DNA from: an uncultured Pelagibacteraceae bacterium
GTDB lineage: Bacteria > Pseudomonadota > Alphaproteobacteria > Pelagibacterales > Pelagibacteraceae
NCBI GenBank assembly: GCA_902624635.1
Contig: CACNYD010000001.1
Location: 52,766-116,765, forward strand
Length of the DNA stretch: 64,000 bases
Direction: 5' to 3'
Shown here: piece after piece, positions 26,352 through 35,505 of the stretch
How the letters are laid out: every line of letters begins with the position of its first letter
Position numbering within the stretch: position 1 is the stretch's first letter
Made by a program: the position numbers and the translations under genes
The notes under the pieces: model-generated
What the model was told of the DNA's origin: nothing
The model's database searches: none
Seen by the model: only the letters and a program-made list of their open reading frames with translations

Positions 26352-26402
26352 ACTTTTTTAGCGGTTTTTTTAAAGCGCTCGCAATTCAGGTAAATCAGCG
26401 CA
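26352..26402 (-). ncRNA. SAM-II riboswitch aptamer in the metX leader
   Basis: Minus strand UGCGCUGAUUUACCUGAAUUGCGAGCGCUUUAAAAAAACCGCUAAAAAAG: GCGCU/AGCGC P1, GAUUU loop, UUGC, 3' GCUAAA; matches the SAM-II H-type pseudoknot consensus and lies upstream of metX. Confidence 0.9.
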
Positions 26403-26407
26403 TAAAT

Positions 26408-26436
26408 TTTGTACAAGATGTTATTTAGTATGTCAA
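26408..26436 (-). promoter_or_regulatory. Sigma70 promoter for riboswitch-metX-metW
   Basis: Minus strand TTGACA, 17 bp, TACAAA; the predicted TSS falls at the first bases of the SAM-II aptamer. Confidence 0.65.
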
Positions 26437-26501
26437 TTTTAAAATATTTGAACTAATACTATATGAAAATTTGTTATTTTATCTATAAAGAGGCTAAAAT
26501 T

Positions 26502-26558
26502 TGAATGATGACAACTATAAAATTTATCAAAGCAACACAAAATATATTTAGAAAATGA
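26502..26558 (+). pseudogene. Possible 3' remnant of a deleted gene (hisC-like C-terminus) coupled to tyrA
   Basis: Reads NDDNYK/FIKATQNIFRK* with one extra A; its TGA overlaps the tyrA ATG (ATGA); resembles the HisC terminal helix (EEN..LI.AL..IL). Confidence 0.4.
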
Positions 26559-27451
26559 GAAATGTATTAATTATAGGCTGTGGATTATTAGGCTCCTCTT
26601 TAGCAAGGAAGATTTCAAAAAAAAAAATAGCAAAAAAAATATTTATCTATGAAAAATCAAAATCTAATATCGCCAAAATAAAAAGTCTCAGATTACCAGG
26701 AACAATTGTTAAGTCACTTAAAGATGGTTTGGTAAATTCAAACTTAGTGATTGTTTGTACATCAACGAGTGAATATAAAAAACTTATTCTTAAAATTAAT
26801 AAAACTATTTTGCCAAAGACACTGATTACTGATGTTGGATCTTCAAAAATAGAGTCATCAAAAATTATTAAAAAATTTTTGAAGCGTGGTATAAATTGGA
26901 TTAGGAGTCACCCTATCGCTGGATCAGAGGTGAGTGGACCAGAATTTGGAAAAGCTGATATGTTTGAGGATAAATGGTGTGTATTAATTAAGGATAAAAA
27001 AACAAGTTCTAAGAATTTAAAATTTTTAATTTCTTTTTGGAAAAAAATGGGCTCAAAAACTGTTATTATGAATTCTGAAAAACATGACAAAGTTTTTTCT
27101 ATCACAAGTCATTTACCACATTTAATTGCTTATAATTTGGTTAAATCGGCTCAAGATTTTGAAAAAATACTTAAATTTGGACTTATTAAATACAGTGCTG
27201 GGGGGTTGAGAGATTTTTCAAGAATAGCTGCTTCAAATGAAATTATGTGGAGAGATATTTTTTTTGATAATAAGGTTAATGTTACAAAAGCGATAGACTT
27301 ATTTATCAAAAACTTAAAATCTTTCAAAAAGGATATAAATTCTAAAAATAATAAATCAATTTTAAAAAAATTATCACAGACTAAAAAAGTTAGGTCTAAA
27401 ATTATTAAATTGAAACAGGATGTAAACAAACCTGACTTTGGTAGAGATTAA
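26555..27451 (+). CDS. tyrA: Prephenate/cyclohexadienyl dehydrogenase
   Basis: GCGLLGSS, DVGSSK, HPIAGSE.SG, HD...ITSHLPH, GGLRDFSRIAAS...MWRDI. Confidence 0.93.
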   Translation: MRNVLIIGCGLLGSSLARKISKKKIAKKIFIYEKSKSNIAKIKSLRLPGTIVKSLKDGLVNSNLVIVCTSTSEYKKLILKINKTILPKTLITDVGSSKIESSKIIKKFLKRGINWIRSHPIAGSEVSGPEFGKADMFEDKWCVLIKDKKTSSKNLKFLISFWKKMGSKTVIMNSEKHDKVFSITSHLPHLIAYNLVKSAQDFEKILKFGLIKYSAGGLRDFSRIAASNEIMWRDIFFDNKVNVTKAIDLFIKNLKSFKKDINSKNNKSILKKLSQTKKVRSKIIKLKQDVNKPDFGRD

Positions 27452-28200
27452 ATATTACTAATATTACTTACTTTTTTAACTTTCAGATTTGCGGTTTTAT
27501 CAATTAATTTAATCGTTTGTACCGTTGGCATTATTAACACCTTCTTTTTTGGTCCATAAGCATGAATAAATTTAGACTTATTTAGACATATACCAACATG
27601 TCCTTTCCAAAATACGATGTCTCCTTTAAGCTGATTTCTAACTCTTTTTCTTTTACAAAATCTTATTTGATCTTTTGTATCTCTTGGAAAAAATATTCTA
27701 TTGTAATAAAAATAGATTTGAATTAATGCTGAACAATCAATTCCAACACAGGTTTTTCCACCCCATAAGTATTTTGTATTTAAAAACAATTTGAATATTT
27801 TGATATAATTTTTTTCATGATGATCAATATTTTTGACATCACTTTTTTTGATCCATTTATTTTTTTCAAATTCTATATACTTTTTATTTTCATTTCGTTT
27901 ACAAATACCAGATCCATAATATAGATAATGGTTTGAAGACAAAAATCTTTTACCTCTTTTAAAGAAAATTCTAGATTTAATTTTTGAAATTTTATGTGAG
28001 GGTTTAAAATTTTCTGAAAACTTATCTTTTTTTATATATCCAATATAATTGTCATAATGAGTTTTTATTTTTATATATTTTTTTCTTTTCAATAGAATCT
28101 TAAATTTTTCTCCATATAAAATTTGTGAAACTACCTCAGAATTGGGAGATGGTTTAAAGTAAACGTTAGCTACAGATTTATTTAAAAAATTATTTTTCAC
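27448..28200 (-). CDS. NlpC/P60 (C40) peptidoglycan peptidase with SH3-like N-terminus
   Basis: SQILYGE, YLWGG, GIDCSAL, PRDT, GD..FWKGHVG, FIHA. Confidence 0.88.
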   Translation of the reverse strand: MKNNFLNKSVANVYFKPSPNSEVVSQILYGEKFKILLKRKKYIKIKTHYDNYIGYIKKDKFSENFKPSHKISKIKSRIFFKRGKRFLSSNHYLYYGSGICKRNENKKYIEFEKNKWIKKSDVKNIDHHEKNYIKIFKLFLNTKYLWGGKTCVGIDCSALIQIYFYYNRIFFPRDTKDQIRFCKRKRVRNQLKGDIVFWKGHVGICLNKSKFIHAYGPKKKVLIMPTVQTIKLIDKTANLKVKKVSNISNI

Positions 28201-29581
28201 TTAGTCGTAGTTTATTTTTCATAATCCATAGGATTATCAATGAAGGAATTACCATTAGTGCAGTCAAAATAAAAAATATACCCCAATCACCATTTAACCA
28301 ATCAACAAGGGCACCAGACGAGGAGGCTAAAGTTGTTCTACCAGCGGTGCCTATTGATGCTAAGAGCGCATATTGAGTTGCTGTATAGGCTCTATCTACG
28401 AGCATAGATATAAAGGCTACAAAAGCAACTGTTGCAAATGCAGCAGCTATATCATCAAAAATAACTGCAATAGCAAATAAAAATTCTGATTTATCGCTCC
28501 AGGCCAATACACTAAACAAAAGGTTTGTACTTGCCATCATTACTCCAGCAAAAAACATTGCTTTTAAAACCCCAGATCTTATTACAAAAAGACCACCTAA
28601 AAGAGTAAACGTCACAGTAGTGATCCAACCTAACGTTTTCGAGTAAATAGCAATATCTGATTTACTAAAACCTATTTCTTTATAAAAAATTATAGACATC
28701 CTTCCAAGAAATGCCTCCCCCACTTTAAATAAAAAAACAAATCCTAAAATTCCTAGAGCAATCGAAAAGCCATTTTTTTTAAAAAAACTAATGATTGGGC
28801 CACTAATTGTTCCAGCAATCCAGGTTATCAATTTTGTAAATATATTTTCATTTTTAAATTGAGATGATATCAACTTGTCATTTTCTTTTTGTTGATTTTG
28901 TCTTTCTAAATTTCCAGACTCATCAATGAACATTAAGCCAATGTTCATTAAAATTACTAATATCCCCAAAATTAAGAAAGTTAGTTGCCAATAATTTCCA
29001 AAACCAATGTTTTGTAGAATATCTGCTGCAAATAATGATAGTACACCACCTAATTTGTATCCAGTCCACCAACCGACAACCGCCATTGCGGCCCCAGCAG
29101 CCATGGATTTTCCCTCATCCTCACCAATCTGTTCAATTCTTAAAGCATCAACTGTTATATCTTGAGTTGATGATGCTATAGCAATTATTAAGCCTACTGA
29201 AACAACTAAAGCTAAATTTTCAGATGGATCGAGTAAACTCCAAAGAGTGAGTGAGATTAAGATGATAATTTGCATCAAAACAATCCATCCTCTTCTGTGA
29301 CCTATTTTTTTTGTTAAATATGGTATTTGTATTCTATCTATTAAAGGTGCCCATAAATAATTAAATGCGTAAACTGCAAAAATTAATCCAGCCCATCCTA
29401 CAGTTGATCTACTTAATCCATCTTCTTTTAACCATAAACTAAGACTACTTCCAATCAAAACCCATGGAAAACCTGATATTGCACCAAGCAATAATATTTT
29501 GAGCATTCTTTTGTCAAAATAAACCGAGAACATTTCAGACAAAGAATTTTTTTTAATTTCTATCAAATTTAATTCCTCCAA
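28190..29581 (-). CDS. ampG: AmpG-family muropeptide MFS permease
   Basis: GAISGFP, LWAPLIDR, RRGW, STQDITVDALRIE, ATQYALLAS. Confidence 0.9.
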   Translation of the reverse strand: MEELNLIEIKKNSLSEMFSVYFDKRMLKILLLGAISGFPWVLIGSSLSLWLKEDGLSRSTVGWAGLIFAVYAFNYLWAPLIDRIQIPYLTKKIGHRRGWIVLMQIIILISLTLWSLLDPSENLALVVSVGLIIAIASSTQDITVDALRIEQIGEDEGKSMAAGAAMAVVGWWTGYKLGGVLSLFAADILQNIGFGNYWQLTFLILGILVILMNIGLMFIDESGNLERQNQQKENDKLISSQFKNENIFTKLITWIAGTISGPIISFFKKNGFSIALGILGFVFLFKVGEAFLGRMSIIFYKEIGFSKSDIAIYSKTLGWITTVTFTLLGGLFVIRSGVLKAMFFAGVMMASTNLLFSVLAWSDKSEFLFAIAVIFDDIAAAFATVAFVAFISMLVDRAYTATQYALLASIGTAGRTTLASSSGALVDWLNGDWGIFFILTALMVIPSLIILWIMKNKLRLSEK

Positions 29582-31008
29582 AAAGATGGTAAAAATAATA
29601 CAAGGATTGCAAATAATTCCAATCTACCTAAAATCATACCAAAACTTAAAATCCACTTAGAGATATCAGGTAGTGATGAAAAATTTCCGTTTGGTCCAAT
29701 AGTTGAACCTAGGCCAGGCCCTACATTTGAAATAGATGTTGCAGCACCAGAAATTGAAGTAATAAAGTCAAGACCTGTCAAAGTTAATAATGCTGTAATT
29801 GCAAAAAAAATTACCAGGTACATATAAATGAAAGAGATAATTGATGCAGTGAATTTATCATCAACAGGACTTTGGTTATATTTTAGAACAAAAATTCCCT
29901 TAGGATAAATAATTTTTTTAAGTTGATTTAAAACAAATGAATAAAGTATTTGAAATCTAAATATTTTTATACCACAAGTTGTTGAGCCAGCACATCCACC
30001 AATAAACATTAAACCTATAAATATAATTAAAGGAAATCCACCCCAATTATCAAATTGTGCATTTACATATCCAGTTCCTGTCAAAATTGATATTACATTG
30101 AATAAAACTGTTCTGAAGTTTAGTTCAGATGATTTATCTAAAAATAAATAAATTGATAAGATCAAAATACTTATTAAGATTATTTTCAAAAAAGTTCTAA
30201 TTTGAATATCTGAGAAAAAAATTCTTCTGTTACCGTTTAAGAATTTGATATAAGCAATAAAAGGTAAACTTCCCAAGATAATAAAAATCATTGCTGAAAT
30301 TTCTATTGAAAAACTGTTAAAGAAACCAATTGACTCGTTATAGTTTGAAAACCCCCCAGTTGCTATTGTTGTCATAGAATGGGTTATACTATCAAAAGTA
30401 TCCATCCCAAGAATTTTATATGATATTGCGCAAAGAGTAGTGAGACCTGAATAAATATAAATTAATCTCAATGCAATTTCTTTTGATTTAGGAAGAATTT
30501 TTTCCGATGAGTCAGTGTTAGAAATTTTGAATAATTGCATACCACCAACATTCATTATTGGCATCAGAGTGATCGCCATAACAATTATTCCAATACCACC
30601 CAACCATTGAAGAATCGCTCTCCAAAGCAAAATTGCTTTGGGCATCTCCTCTAAATTTGGAATGATTGTTGAACCGGTTGTTGTAATACCTGACATACTC
30701 TCAAAAAATGCATTAGTGAAAGAAAAATTGACTTCAGAAAAAATTAGAGGAAGTGAGCCAAAAATTGCTATACTTAGCCAAGATAATGCGGTTAATAAAA
30801 AAGCTTGCTGTAAATTTAACTTCTTATCATGATCAAGATTAGATAAAAAAAATAGCGTACCAAAAATAATTGTAATAATTGAGGCGCCAAAAAAAGAAGA
30901 GTCAATTTCTTTAAAAAGAAATTGAACAAATATTGGTATCAACATAAAAATTCCAAGAATTATTTGAAGAATTCCAAGAGTAAAAAAAACAGTTTTATAA
31001 TTAGACAT
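29569..31008 (-). CDS. trkH: Trk potassium uptake membrane subunit
   Basis: FESMSGITTTG, QWLGGIG, TIATGGF, GGCAGSTTCGIK, SNVGPG, GRLE. Confidence 0.95.
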   Translation of the reverse strand: MSNYKTVFFTLGILQIILGIFMLIPIFVQFLFKEIDSSFFGASIITIIFGTLFFLSNLDHDKKLNLQQAFLLTALSWLSIAIFGSLPLIFSEVNFSFTNAFFESMSGITTTGSTIIPNLEEMPKAILLWRAILQWLGGIGIIVMAITLMPIMNVGGMQLFKISNTDSSEKILPKSKEIALRLIYIYSGLTTLCAISYKILGMDTFDSITHSMTTIATGGFSNYNESIGFFNSFSIEISAMIFIILGSLPFIAYIKFLNGNRRIFFSDIQIRTFLKIILISILILSIYLFLDKSSELNFRTVLFNVISILTGTGYVNAQFDNWGGFPLIIFIGLMFIGGCAGSTTCGIKIFRFQILYSFVLNQLKKIIYPKGIFVLKYNQSPVDDKFTASIISFIYMYLVIFFAITALLTLTGLDFITSISGAATSISNVGPGLGSTIGPNGNFSSLPDISKWILSFGMILGRLELFAILVLFLPSFWRN

Positions 31009-31096
31009 TTTGATAGAACATTATTTTATGGTAAATAAATTTCAACTCTATAAGAATAAGTTAAAGCTTTAATTTAAGATTTTATTTGAATTAATC

Positions 31097-32659
31097 ATGA
31101 TTAAAAAAGAGAATTTTGATAAAACAAGTGCATGGCCTTTCGTTGAAGCAAAAAAAATGCTTCGGGAAAGAAAATCTTTTATAGAAAAAAAAGGCAAAAT
31201 AATTCTCCAAACAGGTTATGGTCCTAGTGGACTTCCACATATAGGAACTTTTGGAGAAGTTGCAAGGACATCGATGATTGTAAATGCCCTAAAACATTTG
31301 ACTGATTTACCAACCGAAATCATTACTTTTTCAGATGATATGGACGGTCTTAGAAAAGTACCTGACAACGTTCCACAAAAAGAATTATTGGAAAAAAATT
31401 TACACAAACCGCTTACTAATGTGCCTGATCCCTTTCAAAAATTTAATAGTTTCGGCGAGCATAATAATGAAATGTTAAAAAAATTTTTAAACAATTTTAA
31501 ATTTAAGTATAATTTTAAAAGTTCAACATCACTTTATAAATCAGGTTTCTTTAACTCTTCTCTACAAGTTATTTTAGAGAATTATGACGGTATAATGAAT
31601 ATAATACTTCCTACACTAGGAAAAGAGAGACAAAAAACTTACTGTCCATTTCTTCCAATTTGTCCAGATACAGGTCATGTTCTAGAAATACCTGTAAAAA
31701 ATATTGATAAAGAAAAATCTATCATTGTTTTTGATAATAATGGAAAAGATTTGGAAACAAGCATTTATGATGGGAATTGTAAATTACAGTGGAAAGTTGA
31801 TTGGGCTATGAGATGGTATGCACTAGATGTCGATTTTGAAATGTATGGAAAGGATCTTATAGAGAGCGCAATACTTTCAACAAAAATTATCAAATTGATT
31901 GGGAAAACAAATCCGTCAGGGTTTGCATATGAACTATTTTTGGATGAAAAAGGAGAGAAGATCTCAAAATCAAAAGGAAACGGCATCACTATTGATCAAT
32001 GGTTAGAGTATGCTTCTCCTGAAAGCTTGTCACTGTATATGTATCAAAATCCAAAAAGAGCAAAAAAACTTTACAAAGAAATAGTTTCAAAAACTGTTGA
32101 TGATTATTTGGATCTGATTGAGAAAGCAAAAAATCAAAATGAGTTGCAGCTACTTATGAATCCTGTGTGGCACGTTCATAATAGTTTAGTACCTAAGGAA
32201 AATATGATTATGTCATTTTCAATGTTATTAAACTTGGTTGAAACAAGCAATGCTGATAGCAAAGAACTTCTTTGGAAATTTGTTAAAAAATATAAAAAAG
32301 ACATTTCGGAAAAAGATAATCCTATCTTTGATAATTTAGTAGGCTATGCAATAAAGTACTTTAATGACGTAATAAAATTGAAAAAAAATTATAAAAAACC
32401 TAATAGTGAAGAAAAAAAGGCTTTAGAAGCTCTGGTAAAAACTTTAGATAAATGTGACGACAAAATGAAACCAGAAGATATTCAAACAATGATATATTCG
32501 ACTGGTAAAGAAAATGGATACACTGAGAACCTTCGAGATTGGTTTAAATTAATTTATGAAGTAGTTTTTGGAGATGAAAATGGACCAAGGATGGGTTTTT
32601 TTATAAGTTTTTTTGGTGTGAAAGAAACAAAAGATCTTATATTAAATAAAATTAAATAA
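31097..32659 (+). CDS. lysS: Class I lysyl-tRNA synthetase
   Basis: TGYGPSGLPHIGT (HIGH), KLQWKVDW, KISKSKGN (KMSKS), GPRMG. Confidence 0.95.
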   Translation: MIKKENFDKTSAWPFVEAKKMLRERKSFIEKKGKIILQTGYGPSGLPHIGTFGEVARTSMIVNALKHLTDLPTEIITFSDDMDGLRKVPDNVPQKELLEKNLHKPLTNVPDPFQKFNSFGEHNNEMLKKFLNNFKFKYNFKSSTSLYKSGFFNSSLQVILENYDGIMNIILPTLGKERQKTYCPFLPICPDTGHVLEIPVKNIDKEKSIIVFDNNGKDLETSIYDGNCKLQWKVDWAMRWYALDVDFEMYGKDLIESAILSTKIIKLIGKTNPSGFAYELFLDEKGEKISKSKGNGITIDQWLEYASPESLSLYMYQNPKRAKKLYKEIVSKTVDDYLDLIEKAKNQNELQLLMNPVWHVHNSLVPKENMIMSFSMLLNLVETSNADSKELLWKFVKKYKKDISEKDNPIFDNLVGYAIKYFNDVIKLKKNYKKPNSEEKKALEALVKTLDKCDDKMKPEDIQTMIYSTGKENGYTENLRDWFKLIYEVVFGDENGPRMGFFISFFGVKETKDLILNKIK

Positions 32660-33705
32660 TGTTTTCAAATTTAAGATCTTTAATTTTTAAATTAGATCCT
32701 GAGACGGCTCATAGTTTAGCGATAAAGTCACTAAAATTTAATTTTGTTCCAAATATTTTAGATGATGAAAAAAATAATCCTCTTTTTAAGACAAAATTAT
32801 TTAATAAAGAGATAGAAAATCCAATTGGTATGGCAGCAGGATTTGATAAGAATGCCGAGGTATATAATTCATTGTTCAATTTAGGGTTTGGTTTCGTCGA
32901 AGTAGGAACTGTTACACCGTTAGAACAATACGGAAATCCCAAACCTAGAGTTTTTAGACTGGTAGAGGATGAGGCCCTTATAAATAGACTTGGTTTCAAT
33001 AACCTAGGTTCAAAAAATATTGTAGATCGAATTAAAAGAAATAATCCAACCGGATTACTTGGAATAAATATTGGACCTAATAAAGACTCAGAAGATAGAA
33101 CAAATGATTATATACAGTGTTTAAAGATATTTAATGGGGTCTCTGACTATATTACTATTAATATTTCCTCACCAAACACTGAAGATTTAAGAAACTTTCA
33201 TGATCAAAAAAAATTAGATGATCTTTTAAAACTAATAGAAAAAGAGAAGAGGGATCTTAATTCTAAAACACCTATAGTAGTAAAAGTATCACCAGATATT
33301 AATGATAAAGAAATTATGAAAATTTCTGAAGTGCTTTTAGATAACAAGATAGAAGCTGCTATTATTTCTAATACATCTGATACAACAAGAGAAAATTTAC
33401 AAAATACTCAAAGCCATCAAAAAGGAGGGTTATCCGGGAAACCTATTGAGTTAAAGTCTTCAGAGTTGATTAGAAAATTTTATAAAGTTTTAAAAGGCAG
33501 AATCAAAATTATAGGCGTTGGTGGTGTGGACTCTGGCAGATCTGCTTATCAAAAATTTTTAGCAGGGGCTGATTATTTACAACTTTATACAGGCATGGTT
33601 TTTAGAGGTCCAAATATTGTTGGTCTCATTAAAAAAGAGCTGAAGGAAATATTATTAAAAGATGGTGTAAAAAACTTTAATGAAATAGTAGGAAAAGAGG
33701 ATTAA
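32659..33705 (+). CDS. pyrD: Quinone-dependent dihydroorotate dehydrogenase (class 2)
   Basis: DPETAH, AAGFDKN, GNPKPRVFR, NISSPNT, GGLSG. Confidence 0.96.
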   Translation: MFSNLRSLIFKLDPETAHSLAIKSLKFNFVPNILDDEKNNPLFKTKLFNKEIENPIGMAAGFDKNAEVYNSLFNLGFGFVEVGTVTPLEQYGNPKPRVFRLVEDEALINRLGFNNLGSKNIVDRIKRNNPTGLLGINIGPNKDSEDRTNDYIQCLKIFNGVSDYITINISSPNTEDLRNFHDQKKLDDLLKLIEKEKRDLNSKTPIVVKVSPDINDKEIMKISEVLLDNKIEAAIISNTSDTTRENLQNTQSHQKGGLSGKPIELKSSELIRKFYKVLKGRIKIIGVGGVDSGRSAYQKFLAGADYLQLYTGMVFRGPNIVGLIKKELKEILLKDGVKNFNEIVGKED

Positions 33706-33720
33706 CATAATCTAATAAAC

Positions 33721-33749
33721 TTGACGCCATCAATATCTCACTTTATATA
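33721..33749 (+). promoter_or_regulatory. Probable sigma70 promoter of rpmB-yhhQ
   Basis: TTGACG, 17 bp, TATATA; 12 nt before the rpmB ATG, so the leader is very short. Confidence 0.5.
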
Positions 33750-33761
33750 GTCGAACAAATT

Positions 33762-34076
33762 ATGACAAAAAAATGCGAATTAACTGGAAAAAATCCAATG
33801 AAAGGTCATAACGTTAGTCATGCTAACAATAAGACAAAAAGAAGATTCTTACCTAATTTAAAAAAAGTAAAATTTACAAGTGAACTTTTAAAAAGAAGCT
33901 TAAAATTGACAGTTAGTAATGCAGGGGTTAGATCAGTAGATAAAAAAGGTAGTTTCGATGAATTTCTAAAATCTGTAAAAAATAAAAATTTATCTCCTAG
34001 ATTAAAAAAACTAAAAAAAAGCTTATTAATTAAATCTCCATTTCAAAAAAAAACAGCACAATCTAAAACAGCTTAA
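33762..34076 (+). CDS. rpmB: 50S ribosomal protein L28
   Basis: [27 protein letters not shown]. Confidence 0.97.
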   Translation: MTKKCELTGKNPMKGHNVSHANNKTKRRFLPNLKKVKFTSELLKRSLKLTVSNAGVRSVDKKGSFDEFLKSVKNKNLSPRLKKLKKSLLIKSPFQKKTAQSKTA

Positions 34077-34630
34077 TGAGTAAATCGTTTTTACTTCTAT
34101 CATTTTTGATGGGTGTTGTTGTCCTATCTTCTAATTATCTTGTTCAATTTCCAATTAATTATTATGGTTTAAATGAAATATTAACCTATGGAGCTTTCTC
34201 TTATCCGATCGCTTTTTTAATTACAGATTTAGCTAATAGATCTTATGGAAAAAGAGTTGCAAGAAAAATTGTATATTTTGGCTTTGTGCTAGGAATTGGT
34301 TTTACAGTTTTATTTTCTACAGATTTTGCAGATTTTATATCTATTCGTATAGCTATTGGATCTGGAGTTGCATTTTTGACTGCACAATTATTAGATGTCC
34401 AAATATTTGATAGATTGAGAAAAAAAGAATGGTTTGTTGCACCATTAACATCTTCAATAATTGGCTCAACAATCGATACATTTTTATTTTTCTCAATATC
34501 ATTTTATGGAACCGGCGTGCCATGGGTTACACTTTCTCTTGGAGATTTGATTGTAAAAGTAATAATAGCTTTAATCATGCTGATACCATTTAGATTACTT
34601 TTAAAAACTTTTAAGCCAATTAAGGCCTAA
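34076..34630 (+). CDS. yhhQ: Queuosine precursor transporter (YhhQ/VUT family)
   Basis: SNYLV, YPIAFLITD...YG...AR, RIAIGS..AFL.AQLLD, IDTFLFFSISF. Confidence 0.8.
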   Translation: MSKSFLLLSFLMGVVVLSSNYLVQFPINYYGLNEILTYGAFSYPIAFLITDLANRSYGKRVARKIVYFGFVLGIGFTVLFSTDFADFISIRIAIGSGVAFLTAQLLDVQIFDRLRKKEWFVAPLTSSIIGSTIDTFLFFSISFYGTGVPWVTLSLGDLIVKVIIALIMLIPFRLLLKTFKPIKA

Positions 34631-35502
34631 ACCAAAAATTTATAAGACAATATTTTATAAGCGAGTTTTGCAACAAGAAAGTTGTATGAATTAAAACCCT
34701 TAATAGGTGCTAATTCATTGATGTCAGCACCAACAATGTTTGAATTTTTTGCAGCTATTTTAATTATATTAAGTGTTTCATCCCATAATAATCCACCAGG
34801 TTCAGGAGTCCCAGTGGCTGGCATGATACTTGAGTCGAATCCATCAACATCAAATGTTAAATAAACTGTCTTATTTTTTATAAGTTTTTTAAATTTTGTT
34901 AAATCCCATTTTGATTTATCTTTTGCCCAAAAAATATTTATTCTCGATTTATTCTTTTTTAAAAATGCAATTTCACTTTCTGATATATTTCTGATTCCAA
35001 AAGATATTAATGATATATTTTTATGATCTAAGCACCTTCTTATTGCTGATGCATGAGAGAACTTTTCACCATTATAACTATTTCTTAAATCAGCATGAGC
35101 ATCGAAATGTAAGAGACAAATTTTTTTGTATTTTTTAATAAATGGATAAATACATCCAGGTGTAATTGAATGTTCTCCTCCAAACGTGATTGGAAAAAGT
35201 CTTTTATCTAAAATTTCTTTATTTATATTTGACATTTTCGTGAGAGCCTTTTTGATATTTCTATGAATCTTGAAAGGCTTTAATGTTTTAATCCCGATTT
35301 TTTTATAAGGTTCACAATTTAGCTCTTCATCATATAATTCCACTTGATGAGAGGCCTTTATAATTTCTCTAGGTCCATTTCTGGTGCCACCACCATAACT
35401 AACAGTTTTTTCAAGCCCAAATGGAACCACAACAACCTTTTCTTTGAAATTAAATTTATTGTCGACTCCTAAAAATCCATTTCTATTTGATAAATATTTC
35501 AA
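34627..35502 (-). CDS. speB: Agmatinase-type ureohydrolase
   Basis: TVSYGGGT..GP, GGEHS, DAHADLR, DVDGFD, PATGTPEPGG. Confidence 0.9.
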   Translation of the reverse strand: MKYLSNRNGFLGVDNKFNFKEKVVVVPFGLEKTVSYGGGTRNGPREIIKASHQVELYDEELNCEPYKKIGIKTLKPFKIHRNIKKALTKMSNINKEILDKRLFPITFGGEHSITPGCIYPFIKKYKKICLLHFDAHADLRNSYNGEKFSHASAIRRCLDHKNISLISFGIRNISESEIAFLKKNKSRINIFWAKDKSKWDLTKFKKLIKNKTVYLTFDVDGFDSSIMPATGTPEPGGLLWDETLNIIKIAAKNSNIVGADINELAPIKGFNSYNFLVAKLAYKILSYKFLV

Positions 35503-35505
35503 TTT

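Noticed and set aside
19265-28200. Extremely Lys/Ile/Asn-rich proteins and long A/T runs as a foreign island or frameshift sites
   Set aside because: This is explained by genome-wide AT bias; all frames are intact and the genes are core.
31097-32659. Class I (archaeal-type) LysRS as evidence of recent horizontal transfer
   Set aside because: Class I LysRS is normal in many alphaproteobacteria, and the composition matches the flanking genes.
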